A model generated the notes under the pieces. It saw only the letters and a list, made by a program, of their open reading frames with translations. It was not told where the DNA came from and ran no database searches. This document shows, piece after piece, positions 48,967-60,590 of a stretch of 64,000 nt of DNA. The translations under genes and the position numbers were made by a program. Source of the DNA: Escherichia coli (GTDB lineage Bacteria; Pseudomonadota; Gammaproteobacteria; Enterobacterales; Enterobacteriaceae). Location of the stretch: NCBI RefSeq assembly GCF_044324875.1, contig NZ_CP172185.1, one strand, 5' to 3'. The number at the start of each line of letters is the position of its first letter. The first letter of the stretch is position 1.

Positions 48967-49671
48967 ATGAAATTCAATCTATCTAATTTATCCGCAGTTT
49001 TACTCGCATCAGGTATGCTGATGTCAACTGTAGTAACCGCTGCGCCAGGCGATGCATCACAATTTGGTGGTGCGGATACAGACTGGAGCACCGTTGATTA
49101 TCCAAAACTCACCGATATGGATAACAACACCGATGCGATGGGCGGAAACATCCGCTTTACTGGTCGTGTGGTTAAAGCGACGTGTAAGGTTGCTACAGAA
49201 TCGAAACAGATTGAAGTGGTACTGCCAGTCGTACCTTCTAACGCTTTCACGGGCATTGATACCGAAGCAACGGGTGCCAGTAACCAGACTGACTTCAACA
49301 TTAAACTGACTGATTGTAGCAATACGGACAGTCAAAATATTGAATTTCGTTTTACTGGCGTAGCAGACGGTGCCAACCAGACGCTTGCCAATGAAGTGGA
49401 AGGAGCTGCTGATGCTGATGGTACTGGCGAAGCGGGAGCTACGGGTGTAGGGATTCGTATTTATTCTAAAAACACGACAACTGATGGCCTGATTAAGCTG
49501 AACACACAAACTCCCCAGGGGAGTAGTTCTTCCGCAGCCTACGTGATTCCTGGCGATGCTGCCACTCATGATTTTACTGCGGCATTTACCGCGGGCTATG
49601 CTCAGAACGGTAGTACCGTTGCACCAGGTCTGGTGAAATCGACGGCAAGTTTCGTCGTGCTGTACGAATAA
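48967..49671 (+). CDS. fimbrial major-subunit-like protein (chaperone-usher pilin), unusually long
   Basis: Signal peptide, Cys pair, C-terminal donor-strand-like FVVLYE; first gene of cluster with RBS AAGGAAAGG. Confidence 0.7.
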   Translation: MKFNLSNLSAVLLASGMLMSTVVTAAPGDASQFGGADTDWSTVDYPKLTDMDNNTDAMGGNIRFTGRVVKATCKVATESKQIEVVLPVVPSNAFTGIDTEATGASNQTDFNIKLTDCSNTDSQNIEFRFTGVADGANQTLANEVEGAADADGTGEAGATGVGIRIYSKNTTTDGLIKLNTQTPQGSSSSAAYVIPGDAATHDFTAAFTAGYAQNGSTVAPGLVKSTASFVVLYE

Positions 49672-49791
49672 TTACAGCAAGATAATTTCAGGTTACAGTT
49701 ACTTGTAACCTGAAATTAATATTACATGTTTATTGTAATAAATAGACACGTATCAGTAATTAAAAATTAGTTTCATCTACAAGGATGCAGT

Positions 49792-50544
49792 ATGAGATGG
49801 ATTTCAAAAAATAAATGTTTTTCGAATAGAAACATTAATTCTTTGCTGAAGACCCAATATGTCATAAGGGCCGGTGCTCTATTTTTACTATCCGCCATAT
49901 CTATCAATGCTATTGCTGCGGGTGGCTTCGGTCTTGGTTCTACGCGTCTGGTTTATCCATCTGACAGTCAGCAAATTACGCTAAGTGTACAGAATGGTGG
50001 GGCTAACACCAGCTATTTAATCCAGTCATGGATTGATGACAATCAAAGCAGTAAAAAAAGTCAGGATTTTGTGGTTACGCCTCCTTTATTTATGTTACCA
50101 ACGCGAAAAGAAGCCTCATTGAGGATAATGTTTATTGGTAAATCACAGTTACCGACTGATCGCGAAACATTATTCTGGATGAATGTGAAAGCGATTCCGC
50201 CAACGGATGAGAAGAATACCCAGAAAAACACGTTACAACTGGCGTTACAAAACAGAATTAAATTATTTTACCGTCCGACTAATTTACCCGTTCAAGCTGG
50301 TAAAGCACGGGATATGCTGCGATTTAAATACGAAGGTAAACAGCTGAGAGTCATTAACCCTTCTCCCTATTATCTGACGGTGACTGGAATCAGGGTGCAA
50401 GGGGCAAAATTACCTAATGCGTTTGTTCCACCGAAAAGTGACGTAACAGTGTCTTCACCAGTGACGTTAGCCGGTGAAATTACTTATCAAACTATCAATG
50501 ATTACGGTGCCACAACGGCCAGGCAAAAGGGAACGTTGCAATAA
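49792..50544 (+). CDS. periplasmic fimbrial chaperone (PapD-like)
   Basis: Motifs TRLVYP, FVVTPPLF, LFWMNVKAIPP, NRIKLFYRP. Confidence 0.85.
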   Translation: MRWISKNKCFSNRNINSLLKTQYVIRAGALFLLSAISINAIAAGGFGLGSTRLVYPSDSQQITLSVQNGGANTSYLIQSWIDDNQSSKKSQDFVVTPPLFMLPTRKEASLRIMFIGKSQLPTDRETLFWMNVKAIPPTDEKNTQKNTLQLALQNRIKLFYRPTNLPVQAGKARDMLRFKYEGKQLRVINPSPYYLTVTGIRVQGAKLPNAFVPPKSDVTVSSPVTLAGEITYQTINDYGATTARQKGTLQ

Positions 50545-50585
50545 ACCTGGAAGATTAGAACGTTAAAGCAACTCAGGTCAGGGAT

Positions 50586-53177
50586 ATGAACCTAAAGCTC
50601 AAAAAACTCGAACACTGGATAGCAAGGCACAAGCAGATGGGACGGAGTATACCGCTCCTGCTCACACTTTTGCCTGCGTGTTCAGTGGCGGGTATGCGCT
50701 TTAACCCTGCATTCCTGTCGGGTGATACAGAAGCTGTTGCTGATTTATCTCGTTTTGAGAAAGGGATGACATATCTACCTGGTAGTTATGAGGTTGAAAT
50801 ATGGGTCAATGATTCGCCTTTGACATCACGTAAGGTTACTTTCAAAGCTGATGAGCAGAATCAGTTGATCCCCTGTTTTTCGCTCGATGAGTTAGTTACT
50901 TTAGGAATTAACAAAAGTGCATTGCCGGAACAGGCGCAAGCAGAGGGAAATAATTGTCTCGATTTACGTATATGGTTCGCAGAAGTTCAATACACTCCTG
51001 AACTGGATGCGCAACGACTCAAACTGACCTTTCCGCAGGCAATATTAAAGCATGAAGCCCGTGGTTATATTCCACCTGAGGAATGGGATAATGGTATCCC
51101 GGCCATTCTTATTAATTATGATTTTTCTGGCAACAGTGATCGTGGAGACTATGCGTCTGATAGTTATTATTTAAATCTCCGTTCAGGTTTAAATTTAGGG
51201 GCGTGGCGTTTTCGCGATTATTCTACATGGAGTCGTTCAGGTAATTCACCGGGTAAAATTGCACATGTGAGTAGTACGTTACAACGAGTAATTATTCCTT
51301 TTAAAAGTGAATTAACACTAGGTGATACCTGGTCTTCATCGGATGTTTTCGACAGTGTGAGTATTCGTGGTGCTAAACTTGAATCCGATGAAAACATGCT
51401 ACCCGATAGCCAAAGTGGTTTTGCCCCCACTGTGCGCGGTATTGCTAAAAGCAATGCTCAGGTAACGATCAAACAAAATGGCTATGTTATTTATCAGACA
51501 TATACTCCACCGGGACCCTTTGAAATCAACGATCTGAACCCTACGTCTTCCGCTGGGGATTTGGAAGTTACGATCAAAGAGTCTGATAATTCCGAAACTA
51601 TCTATACCATTCCTTACGCCGCTGTTCCCATTCTTCAACGCGAAGGGCATATTAAATATTCGGCAACTGCCGGTAAATATCGTAGCAATAGCTATAATCA
51701 AAACAGTCCGAATGTCTTTCAAGGAGATTTGATTTGGGGGTTACCCTGGGATATTACCGCCTACGGAGGGATGCAATACTCAAATAATTATCGGGCAATA
51801 GCACTCGGGCTTGGGTTCAACCTTGGTATGTTTGGTGCGACGTCATTTGATTTAACGCAAGCCAATAGCACGCTTGCCGATGGCAGTAAACATCAAGGGC
51901 AATTGTACCGTTTCCTATATTCAAAATCGTTAGTGCAGACAGGTACGGCTTTTCAGATTATTGGTTATCGCTATTCGACGGAGGGATTTTATTCGTTGAG
52001 TGATACCACATACAAACAAATGTCGGGTACGGTTATCGATCCAGATACCCTTAATGAAAAAGACTATGTTTATAACTGGAATGATTTTTATAATTTACGT
52101 TATAACAAAAGAGGAAAGTTTCAGGCAAATATATCGCAACCATTGGGCGAATATGGCTCTATGTATTTGGCGGCAAGTCAACAAACTTACTGGAATACGA
52201 ATAATAAAGATACCTTGTATCAGGTCGGCTATAATACGAGTGTACATGGGATTTATTTAAATATTGCTTATAATTATAGTAAGTCACCAGGTTCAGATGC
52301 GGACAGAATCTTATCCGTAAATGTCTCATTGCCGATCAGCAATTGGTTATCACTAGCTGTCGATGGGCGTACTGCGACAAATTCTATGACAGCAACTTAT
52401 GGTTATAGTCAGGATAATAGCGGTCATGTAAATCAGTATGCCGGAGTATCTGGATCGCTGCTGGAACAACATAATCTCAACTATAATATTCAACAAAATT
52501 TTGCCAACCAGAATAATGGCGAAAATGGCTCGGTAGGGATAAATTACCGTGGTACATATGGTTCACTAAATTCTGGATACAGCTACGATAATAATGGTAA
52601 CCAGCAATTTAACTATGGTTTAAGTGGTGCCCTGGTTATTCACGAAAATGGTCTCACGTTAAGCCAGCCGTTAGGAGAAACAAATATACTGATAAAAGCA
52701 CCTGGGGCAAACAATGTAAATGTGGAACGCGGAACGGGGGTTAAAACAGACTGGCGTGGCTATGCTGTCGTACCTTATGCCACGGAATATCGGCGTAATA
52801 ATATCTCTTTAGACCCTATGTCTATGAGTATGCATACAGAATTAGATGCTACTACTATGGAAGTGATACCCAGCAAAGGTGCTTTAGTTCGTGCTGAGTT
52901 TAATGCACATGTCGGTATTCGAGGTTTATTTAATGTTCACTATCGTAATAAACCAGTTCCATTTGGTGCGACGGTCAGTGTACCCACTGAGGGGACAACT
53001 CAGATTACAGGAATAGTGGGTGACAGTGGGCAGGTTTATCTCTCCGGTTTGCCTTTACAAGGCATAATAAATATACAGTGGGGAGAAAGTGCTTATCAGC
53101 AATGTCGGGCAAGTTATCAATTACCGAAAAGCGAACTGGATAATGCCATTAGCTATGCAAATCTGGAGTGCCGCTAA
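50586..53177 (+). CDS. outer-membrane fimbrial usher
   Basis: 863 aa, usher-typical size and beta-rich N/Y/S/G content; located after the chaperone gene. Confidence 0.85.
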   Translation: MNLKLKKLEHWIARHKQMGRSIPLLLTLLPACSVAGMRFNPAFLSGDTEAVADLSRFEKGMTYLPGSYEVEIWVNDSPLTSRKVTFKADEQNQLIPCFSLDELVTLGINKSALPEQAQAEGNNCLDLRIWFAEVQYTPELDAQRLKLTFPQAILKHEARGYIPPEEWDNGIPAILINYDFSGNSDRGDYASDSYYLNLRSGLNLGAWRFRDYSTWSRSGNSPGKIAHVSSTLQRVIIPFKSELTLGDTWSSSDVFDSVSIRGAKLESDENMLPDSQSGFAPTVRGIAKSNAQVTIKQNGYVIYQTYTPPGPFEINDLNPTSSAGDLEVTIKESDNSETIYTIPYAAVPILQREGHIKYSATAGKYRSNSYNQNSPNVFQGDLIWGLPWDITAYGGMQYSNNYRAIALGLGFNLGMFGATSFDLTQANSTLADGSKHQGQLYRFLYSKSLVQTGTAFQIIGYRYSTEGFYSLSDTTYKQMSGTVIDPDTLNEKDYVYNWNDFYNLRYNKRGKFQANISQPLGEYGSMYLAASQQTYWNTNNKDTLYQVGYNTSVHGIYLNIAYNYSKSPGSDADRILSVNVSLPISNWLSLAVDGRTATNSMTATYGYSQDNSGHVNQYAGVSGSLLEQHNLNYNIQQNFANQNNGENGSVGINYRGTYGSLNSGYSYDNNGNQQFNYGLSGALVIHENGLTLSQPLGETNILIKAPGANNVNVERGTGVKTDWRGYAVVPYATEYRRNNISLDPMSMSMHTELDATTMEVIPSKGALVRAEFNAHVGIRGLFNVHYRNKPVPFGATVSVPTEGTTQITGIVGDSGQVYLSGLPLQGIINIQWGESAYQQCRASYQLPKSELDNAISYANLECR

Positions 53178-53740
53178 TGAATATATTACAAAAATTTATT
53201 CTATTAATGTTTAGATCATTGTTCATGATGGTGATTTCATATAACGCACTGGCTAACGATACTGTAGTGGTCACATTTACAGGACAATTATTAGCAAAAA
53301 CGTGTGATATTACAACTGGAAGTAAAGACCAGCCAGTAAACATGGGAACTTATGACGTCAATGATTTTTTGAATGTAGGGGATGTTTCTGGCAGCCATAC
53401 ATTTACGATCAATCTGGAAGGATGTCCTACAACAACCAGTACTGTTTATAGTTCAGGAGTAAGTGCTAATGTGCAGTTTACCGGGGATGCTGATGCTATA
53501 AATACCACTTTATTACGCCTTACTTCCAGCGCGGATAGTGCAACTGGAGTGGGCATCGAAATTTTAGACAGTAATGATAAAATTATAGCAATTAATAGTG
53601 AGTCAGGATTCAAAGAGTTAATTTTAAATAATAATGGCGATGCCAGTTTAACCTTTAAACTCCGCTATAAGTCAACTCAGCAAAACGTACATGCGGGACA
53701 GGCGAACGCACTATTGTACTTTGATATAGACTATCAGTGA
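53168..53740 (+). CDS. fimbrial minor subunit
   Basis: ~185 aa, Cys pair (CDIT...CPTT), C-terminal YFDIDYQ. Confidence 0.75.
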   Translation: MPLMNILQKFILLMFRSLFMMVISYNALANDTVVVTFTGQLLAKTCDITTGSKDQPVNMGTYDVNDFLNVGDVSGSHTFTINLEGCPTTTSTVYSSGVSANVQFTGDADAINTTLLRLTSSADSATGVGIEILDSNDKIIAINSESGFKELILNNNGDASLTFKLRYKSTQQNVHAGQANALLYFDIDYQ

Positions 53741-53747
53741 GGTTAAT

Positions 53748-54272
53748 ATGACACGATATTGGAATTTAATTGCCCTATTATTCTCTGTGATATCTATGTC
53801 ATCCATTGCTGATGATACAACACATACAGGTGTTGTACGTATAGAAGGAATCATAACGGCAAAGACTTGTATTGTTGCCGATGAATCTAAAAATTTCACA
53901 GTTAACATGCCTGATGTTCCCAGCTATATGGTGAGAAATTCAGGGAGTGTTACTGAAAAAATTGGTTTCTCTGTAAAGTTAACCCGTTGTGGCAGTGATG
54001 TCAGTCATGCCAATGTCACGTTTGATGGAATACCAGTTAGTGAAGACGCAGCCCTATATAAACTGGAAGAGGGCTCAGTCGATGGGTTAGCACTGGCTAT
54101 TTTTGATAACAACAGACAAAGTATTAGTAATGGTATAAAGAGTACAAGTTATGCCCTTACACCATTGGTAGATAATACATTGCATTTCTCTGCTGCTTAT
54201 AAAGCTATAAAAAATGATGTACAACCAGGAGATGCGAATGCATCAGTTTCCTTTATCGTCACTTATGATTAA
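53748..54272 (+). CDS. fimbrial minor subunit
   Basis: 174 aa, signal peptide, Cys pair, C-terminal SFIVTYD. Confidence 0.75.
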   Translation: MTRYWNLIALLFSVISMSSIADDTTHTGVVRIEGIITAKTCIVADESKNFTVNMPDVPSYMVRNSGSVTEKIGFSVKLTRCGSDVSHANVTFDGIPVSEDAALYKLEEGSVDGLALAIFDNNRQSISNGIKSTSYALTPLVDNTLHFSAAYKAIKNDVQPGDANASVSFIVTYD

Positions 54273-55014
54273 CGTGCTGATATGCATTTTAATATGTTGC
54301 ACAAATGCGCAGGCAGGAGTTGTTGTTGGCGGTACTCGTTTTGTTTACCCAGAAAAGCAGTCATCAATTTCGGTCGAGCTTAAAAATACTGCCAGTAAAG
54401 ATATGCTGGTTAAAATTTCCGTGACACCTGATGATGGACGTCAGTTAAAAGGGACACTGGAATCCCAGCCTTTACTTCCAGATAAGGCGTTTATTGCCAC
54501 ACCACCATTATTGGTACTTAAACAAGATAAAAATACCAAAATAAGAATCAATCGCGTGGGGGGGCAGTTACCTATAGATCGTGAGAGTTTATTTATACTG
54601 AATATTGCAGCGTTACCTGCTCAGGAACAAAACTCACAGCTTAAGAATGAAAATCAACTCCAGGTGGCTGTACGTAATAGGATGAAAATATTTTACCGCC
54701 CAGAGACGTTATCAGGTAATCCACTTGACGCTTATCAACAGTTACGCTGGTCGCGAAAGAATGAAGCTGTCACCGTTTTTAACCCTACGCCCTGGTATGT
54801 GACACTCTATAATTTATCTATTGATGGTAAAAGCATAAATGGTGGCATGGTTGCACCGTTTAGTCATCGCCAACAGGATTGGTGTCAGCGGCAAGGATAT
54901 TGTGAGATTAACTGGCAAACACTAGATCTTTACAATAATGCCTTACCCGTATGGAGCGTAAAATTAAATGTTTTACAAAATAATGTGATGAGTGCAGTAG
55001 CGATACATGGATAA
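54238..55014 (+). CDS. second periplasmic fimbrial chaperone
   Basis: Motifs TRFVYP, FIATPPLL, LFILNIAALPA, NRMKIFYRP; start uncertain (ORF opens at 54214). Confidence 0.8.
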   Translation: MHQFPLSSLMINVLICILICCTNAQAGVVVGGTRFVYPEKQSSISVELKNTASKDMLVKISVTPDDGRQLKGTLESQPLLPDKAFIATPPLLVLKQDKNTKIRINRVGGQLPIDRESLFILNIAALPAQEQNSQLKNENQLQVAVRNRMKIFYRPETLSGNPLDAYQQLRWSRKNEAVTVFNPTPWYVTLYNLSIDGKSINGGMVAPFSHRQQDWCQRQGYCEINWQTLDLYNNALPVWSVKLNVLQNNVMSAVAIHG

Positions 55015-56158
55015 CTGGAGAAGCATGATGCTTACTTATTTTTGGGGAAATATAAAAGCAATTTGTATATTGTTTGTTCTTTTAGTCAGTAGCTGCTATA
55101 ACATAGTATATGCTGAAGATATGGGACGGGATCGCGCCTTTTGTTATCCTGGTGCACCAGGTAATAATACTACTCCTGCGACATTTTCTTATAATTTTGG
55201 TACGGTAATTGTCTCAGATGTTAATAATAATTCGCCTGGGACAGTATTACCCTCGCAGGACTGGAAAATAGGGCATTATAAGGCTTATTGTAATTCTCTG
55301 GATGATTATGAGGTTTATTTTTCTGGTGTTTCTGGGATTGATCCGTCAGGAGCGTCTGGTGATCATCAGGGGAGCGATATATTTATTCCTTTGACTCATG
55401 AAATATCTGTCTCGACACATGTAAAGCTCTATAATAAAAATGGCACAATGACAGATAAGGCAGTACCTTTTGACAACTATAGCACCAATTATCCAGCAGA
55501 CAGAAGTAAACCATCAAGTTGGGCCTCAGGAACAGAAGGTTATATAAAAATCAGACTTGATAAAAAAATAATATCCGATATATCAATAAATAACGTATTG
55601 CTGGTTTCTTTGTATGTCAGCCAGTTTCCAACAGAGCACGGACCAATTCCAGTATTTAATGCTTATATTGGCAACTTAAATATTGAAGTTCCACAAGGTT
55701 GCACAATTAATGAGGGAACTAGTTTTACCGTTAATATGCCGGATGTCTGGGCCAGCGAATTAAGTCGGGCTGGTGCTGGAGTGAAGCCCACGGGCGTTTC
55801 TCCAGTGGCAACCACTATTCCGATAAACTGTACGAACAAAGATATTGATGCCGTAATGACGCTGGTTTTTGATGGCAATATTTCATCAACGAGAGATGTT
55901 AATGGTCGGCAAAGCATTATTCAGGCGGAGGATAACCCCGACGTTGGTATTATGATTATGGATAGCCAACAGGAATCCGTAGACTTGAACGCTCTTGCTG
56001 CGCATGTTGGTGTGCCATTTAAGTTAGTTGAAAACCGGGCTGAGTCAGCTCAGACGGCAGATGTGACTTTTCTGTCTCTCCCTGTAAGTACCACAGGGCG
56101 ACGCCCTGCTGCGGGTCGTTATAATGCCCTGGCTGTTTTGCGGGTGGAATACCAGTGA
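55007..56158 (+). CDS. putative fimbrial tip adhesin (two-domain pilin-like protein)
   Basis: 383 aa, signal peptide, C-terminal pilin-like domain ending VLRVEYQ; last gene of cluster. Confidence 0.65.
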   Translation: MDNWRSMMLTYFWGNIKAICILFVLLVSSCYNIVYAEDMGRDRAFCYPGAPGNNTTPATFSYNFGTVIVSDVNNNSPGTVLPSQDWKIGHYKAYCNSLDDYEVYFSGVSGIDPSGASGDHQGSDIFIPLTHEISVSTHVKLYNKNGTMTDKAVPFDNYSTNYPADRSKPSSWASGTEGYIKIRLDKKIISDISINNVLLVSLYVSQFPTEHGPIPVFNAYIGNLNIEVPQGCTINEGTSFTVNMPDVWASELSRAGAGVKPTGVSPVATTIPINCTNKDIDAVMTLVFDGNISSTRDVNGRQSIIQAEDNPDVGIMIMDSQQESVDLNALAAHVGVPFKLVENRAESAQTADVTFLSLPVSTTGRRPAAGRYNALAVLRVEYQ

Positions 56159-56571
56159 TGTGTGAGTCAGTGCAGAATCGGATTAGCCCGTTTTTAGCCA
56201 TCGGTAGGGTAAAGTTTGATGGAAAATATGGGTTATGTGCCGATGTATCCCACAATGAAATAACCCTCGAGGGAAAGGAATCAGCGCGATGAACAAATTC
56301 ACGGTGTTTTGCTGCTAGGTGTGGTATTTCTCGGCTTTATTATTGTACCGTTCTTGATATGGCCGACGGTGGTTGCGCTGGCTGCTTGTATTATTACGCT
56401 GAGTTTTCTGGGGAGATACTGTTCTCTATCCCGCTCATGATCAGGCGTATTTCACTTCTGGAATTACAACTTTGGTTATCGGTTGTATATGCGCTTTGTC
56501 CATGCCGGATGCGACGTGAACGTCTTATTGGTCTACAAAATCATGCAAATTCAATATATTGCATAAACCAC

Positions 56572-57565
<994 letters not shown>

Positions 57566-57643
57566 TCACGGATTGGCATCGAAGTCCGATCAGCGATTCG
57601 CATCCATTCGATCAACCGGGAACTTAACTTTTTCTACCGCTTT

Positions 57644-58399
57644 TTAACGCGTTTTTTCGCTGCTTTCCACTACCGGGGGATTTTTCCTCAGTGACTCTCC
57701 CTGAAGGACCACTCGGTGTGAGTTATGTACCAGTCTGTCCAGGATGGCATCTGCTGTTGTTGGGTTCTCCATCAGACCATGCCATTTATCTACCGGGAAC
57801 TGGCTTACCACTATCGTGCTGCTTTGTCCGTAACGATCCTCTATGAGCTCCAGAAGGTCATTACACTGGGCGTTACTTAACTGTTCCAGCCCCAGATCGT
57901 CCAGGATTAGAACCTGTATTTTTTGCAACTGTTTCAGATATTTCAGCCAGCTGCCATCAACACGTCCCTGAGCCAGTTGTTCCAGTAATCGCCCGGTTCT
58001 ACAGTACCGGACGCTGTGTTTCTGTCGACATGCCTGTTCGCCCAGCGCATTGGCTATCCAGCTCTTGCCACATCCTGTCGGACCGGTTATCAGCAGGTTT
58101 TTCCTGTGGGTTATGTAGTGGCCGTTCAGCAGTTCTCTCATCTGTTCAGCCCGCAGACCTCTTGAGGCCGGATAGCGCAGCCCTTCCGGTGTTGCCTGGT
58201 ATTTCAGGCCGGCATTTTTTCTCAACCGTGCCACACGGCTGTTTTCCCTGCTCAGAAGCTCGTCATCAACCAGCAGCGTCAGCCTTTCCTCGAACGACAG
58301 TTCGTCGTAGGTCTGAGGCGTTTCCCGCTGCCGTATCAGGCTCCCGGCCATCGCCGGGAGTTTCAGTTGGGTCAGTTTGTTTAACAGGTTATCACTCAT
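57644..58399 (-). CDS. istB: IS21-family helper ATPase IstB
   Basis: Start at MSDNLLNKL; Walker A GPTGCGKS, Walker B VLILDDLG. Confidence 0.85.
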   Translation of the reverse strand: MSDNLLNKLTQLKLPAMAGSLIRQRETPQTYDELSFEERLTLLVDDELLSRENSRVARLRKNAGLKYQATPEGLRYPASRGLRAEQMRELLNGHYITHRKNLLITGPTGCGKSWIANALGEQACRQKHSVRYCRTGRLLEQLAQGRVDGSWLKYLKQLQKIQVLILDDLGLEQLSNAQCNDLLELIEDRYGQSSTIVVSQFPVDKWHGLMENPTTADAILDRLVHNSHRVVLQGESLRKNPPVVESSEKTR

Positions 58400-58415
58400 A
58401 CTGTTGTTCCTTCTG

Positions 58416-59951
58416 TCAGTGGTAGTAGCCCGGACCACGCAGGTTTTCATGCTCTGAAGCATATGCCGGATGTTGTTCGCCCTGGCGGGATAATGGAAGC
58501 TCCAGGTTCTCCCGATGGTGACGCAGCAGATTGTCGATAAAGCGTCTGTCAGGGGCGTTATAGTGCAGGGCAACGTAACAGGCCTTTTCCAGCCGTTCCG
58601 GGCCGTATTTTTTCTGAAGTGCCAGCAGCCCCAGAACTGCACGATAAGCCAGTTCCGGATGGGGTTTTGCCTTCAGCATGGATTCAACCACCCGGCCTGT
58701 GGACGGGCCCGTACGTTTTCCCTGCTCGATCAGGCGTTCCGGTGTCCATGTCCCGTGCTGCCGGTGGCGCTCTGGCATGTGAAGCGGATTGGTTGTGTGT
58801 TTATATTCATGTGTGCTGCGCGGATGTTGCGCCACACACTGCCCCTTGTGCCAGAGCTGTACCACCGACTGCCCCGCCTTCAGTGACAGACGCTGACCGA
58901 CCAGTTCGTGTGGAACGGAGTACCAGTGACGGGCATATTCAACGTGGTAGTCAGGGCCAACCTTCACAGCTTTGTATTCCGTGTATTCATAAGGTGCCAG
59001 AGGCAGCGGAGAGAGTGCTGGCGCATCCAGTATGCGGAAGCGTTCTGCACGGGTTTGATTGCCGTACCCCTTCATTGGCCGGTTATTCATGTCTGTCAGT
59101 AACTCCCTAAGGCGCGCATTCAGCGCCCTGAGCGTGTGGAAGGTTTCATTACGGATGCGGGCAAGAAGCCATCGTTCAACGATGAGGACGCCGTTTTCTG
59201 CTTTTGGTTTATCTTTAGGTTTGCGTGGTCGGGCCGGGATGATAACCGTGCCATAGTGCTCAGCCAGTGCCTGATAACTGTCGTTGATGACAGGCTCATA
59301 TCGATCGGCCTTTTTCACTGCGCTTCTGAGGTTATCGGGGATGAGCAGCTTCGGTACGCCGCCCAGGAAGGTCAGGCAACGGCTGTGGGCATTTAACCAT
59401 GACATCATGTCCTGACCTTCGCACGCTTCAACGTAGGTATAGTTGGACGCCCCCATTACGGCCACGAAGATTGCCACGCGGCGTATCTCACCGGTGTCCG
59501 GATTAATAACAGGAACCGTAGGACCACAGAAGTCGATAAAAAGCTTTTCGCCGGCACGATGCTCCTGGCGCATGGAGAGACGTCGCGTTTTTTTCCACTC
59601 CCGGTAGCAACGGCAGAAGTGCGAGTATCCCATCGCTTTGTTACCCGCCTGTGCCTTGTATTCCATCCACAACAGTTGCCGCGTCACACCTGGTTTTCTC
59701 ATTTCCGTATCGAAGTACAACATGTCAGGCATTACAAGCTCTGATGCAAAGGTGTCTTTGGGCGGAAAAATGAGTTTCTCCAGCGTGTCATGGGATATAT
59801 CAGCAGGTAATGGCCATGACAGAGAAGAGGCTTTGAAGCGGGCAAGAACCTCAAAAACGGTTGAGGCGCTGATGTGTAACGTCAGTCCGATACAACGGTT
59901 AGTCAGCTTCTTGTCGAACTTGAGCTGAAGGATCTTAAAACAGGTTTCCAT
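58416..59951 (-). CDS. istA: IS21-family transposase IstA
   Basis: N-terminal HTH then DDE integrase core; start uncertain (ORF opens at 60062). Confidence 0.8.
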   Translation of the reverse strand: METCFKILQLKFDKKLTNRCIGLTLHISASTVFEVLARFKASSLSWPLPADISHDTLEKLIFPPKDTFASELVMPDMLYFDTEMRKPGVTRQLLWMEYKAQAGNKAMGYSHFCRCYREWKKTRRLSMRQEHRAGEKLFIDFCGPTVPVINPDTGEIRRVAIFVAVMGASNYTYVEACEGQDMMSWLNAHSRCLTFLGGVPKLLIPDNLRSAVKKADRYEPVINDSYQALAEHYGTVIIPARPRKPKDKPKAENGVLIVERWLLARIRNETFHTLRALNARLRELLTDMNNRPMKGYGNQTRAERFRILDAPALSPLPLAPYEYTEYKAVKVGPDYHVEYARHWYSVPHELVGQRLSLKAGQSVVQLWHKGQCVAQHPRSTHEYKHTTNPLHMPERHRQHGTWTPERLIEQGKRTGPSTGRVVESMLKAKPHPELAYRAVLGLLALQKKYGPERLEKACYVALHYNAPDRRFIDNLLRHHRENLELPLSRQGEQHPAYASEHENLRGPGYYH

Positions 59952-60169
59952 AGTGCTCCTGGATTTTCTCTTTCTGGACATTGACGTCTCCACTGGTTTA
60001 AACACGGCAATGGAGACTGTGGTGAAAAGAGTTAATTCCCGGAGTGACTGGCAGGATGCCAATCAATGATCGGAAGCATGCCAAATCGTGATCGATTGTG
60101 ATGCCAAACTGTGATCGGAGATGGATGCCAAATCATGATCGATTCGAATGCCAAACTGCGATCGATTCA

Positions 60170-60522
<353 letters not shown>

Positions 60523-60590
60523 AGGCAGTTTTTTTGTTTATCATCAGTCTCAGGTCAGATTGAAATCTGACCTGACCACCTTACGTTAAA

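Noticed and set aside
60525-60580. Hairpin CAGGTCAGATTGAAATCTGACCTG next to a T-run downstream of glpD
   Set aside because: The T-run sits on the wrong side of the stem for a canonical rho-independent terminator on either strand; left uncalled.
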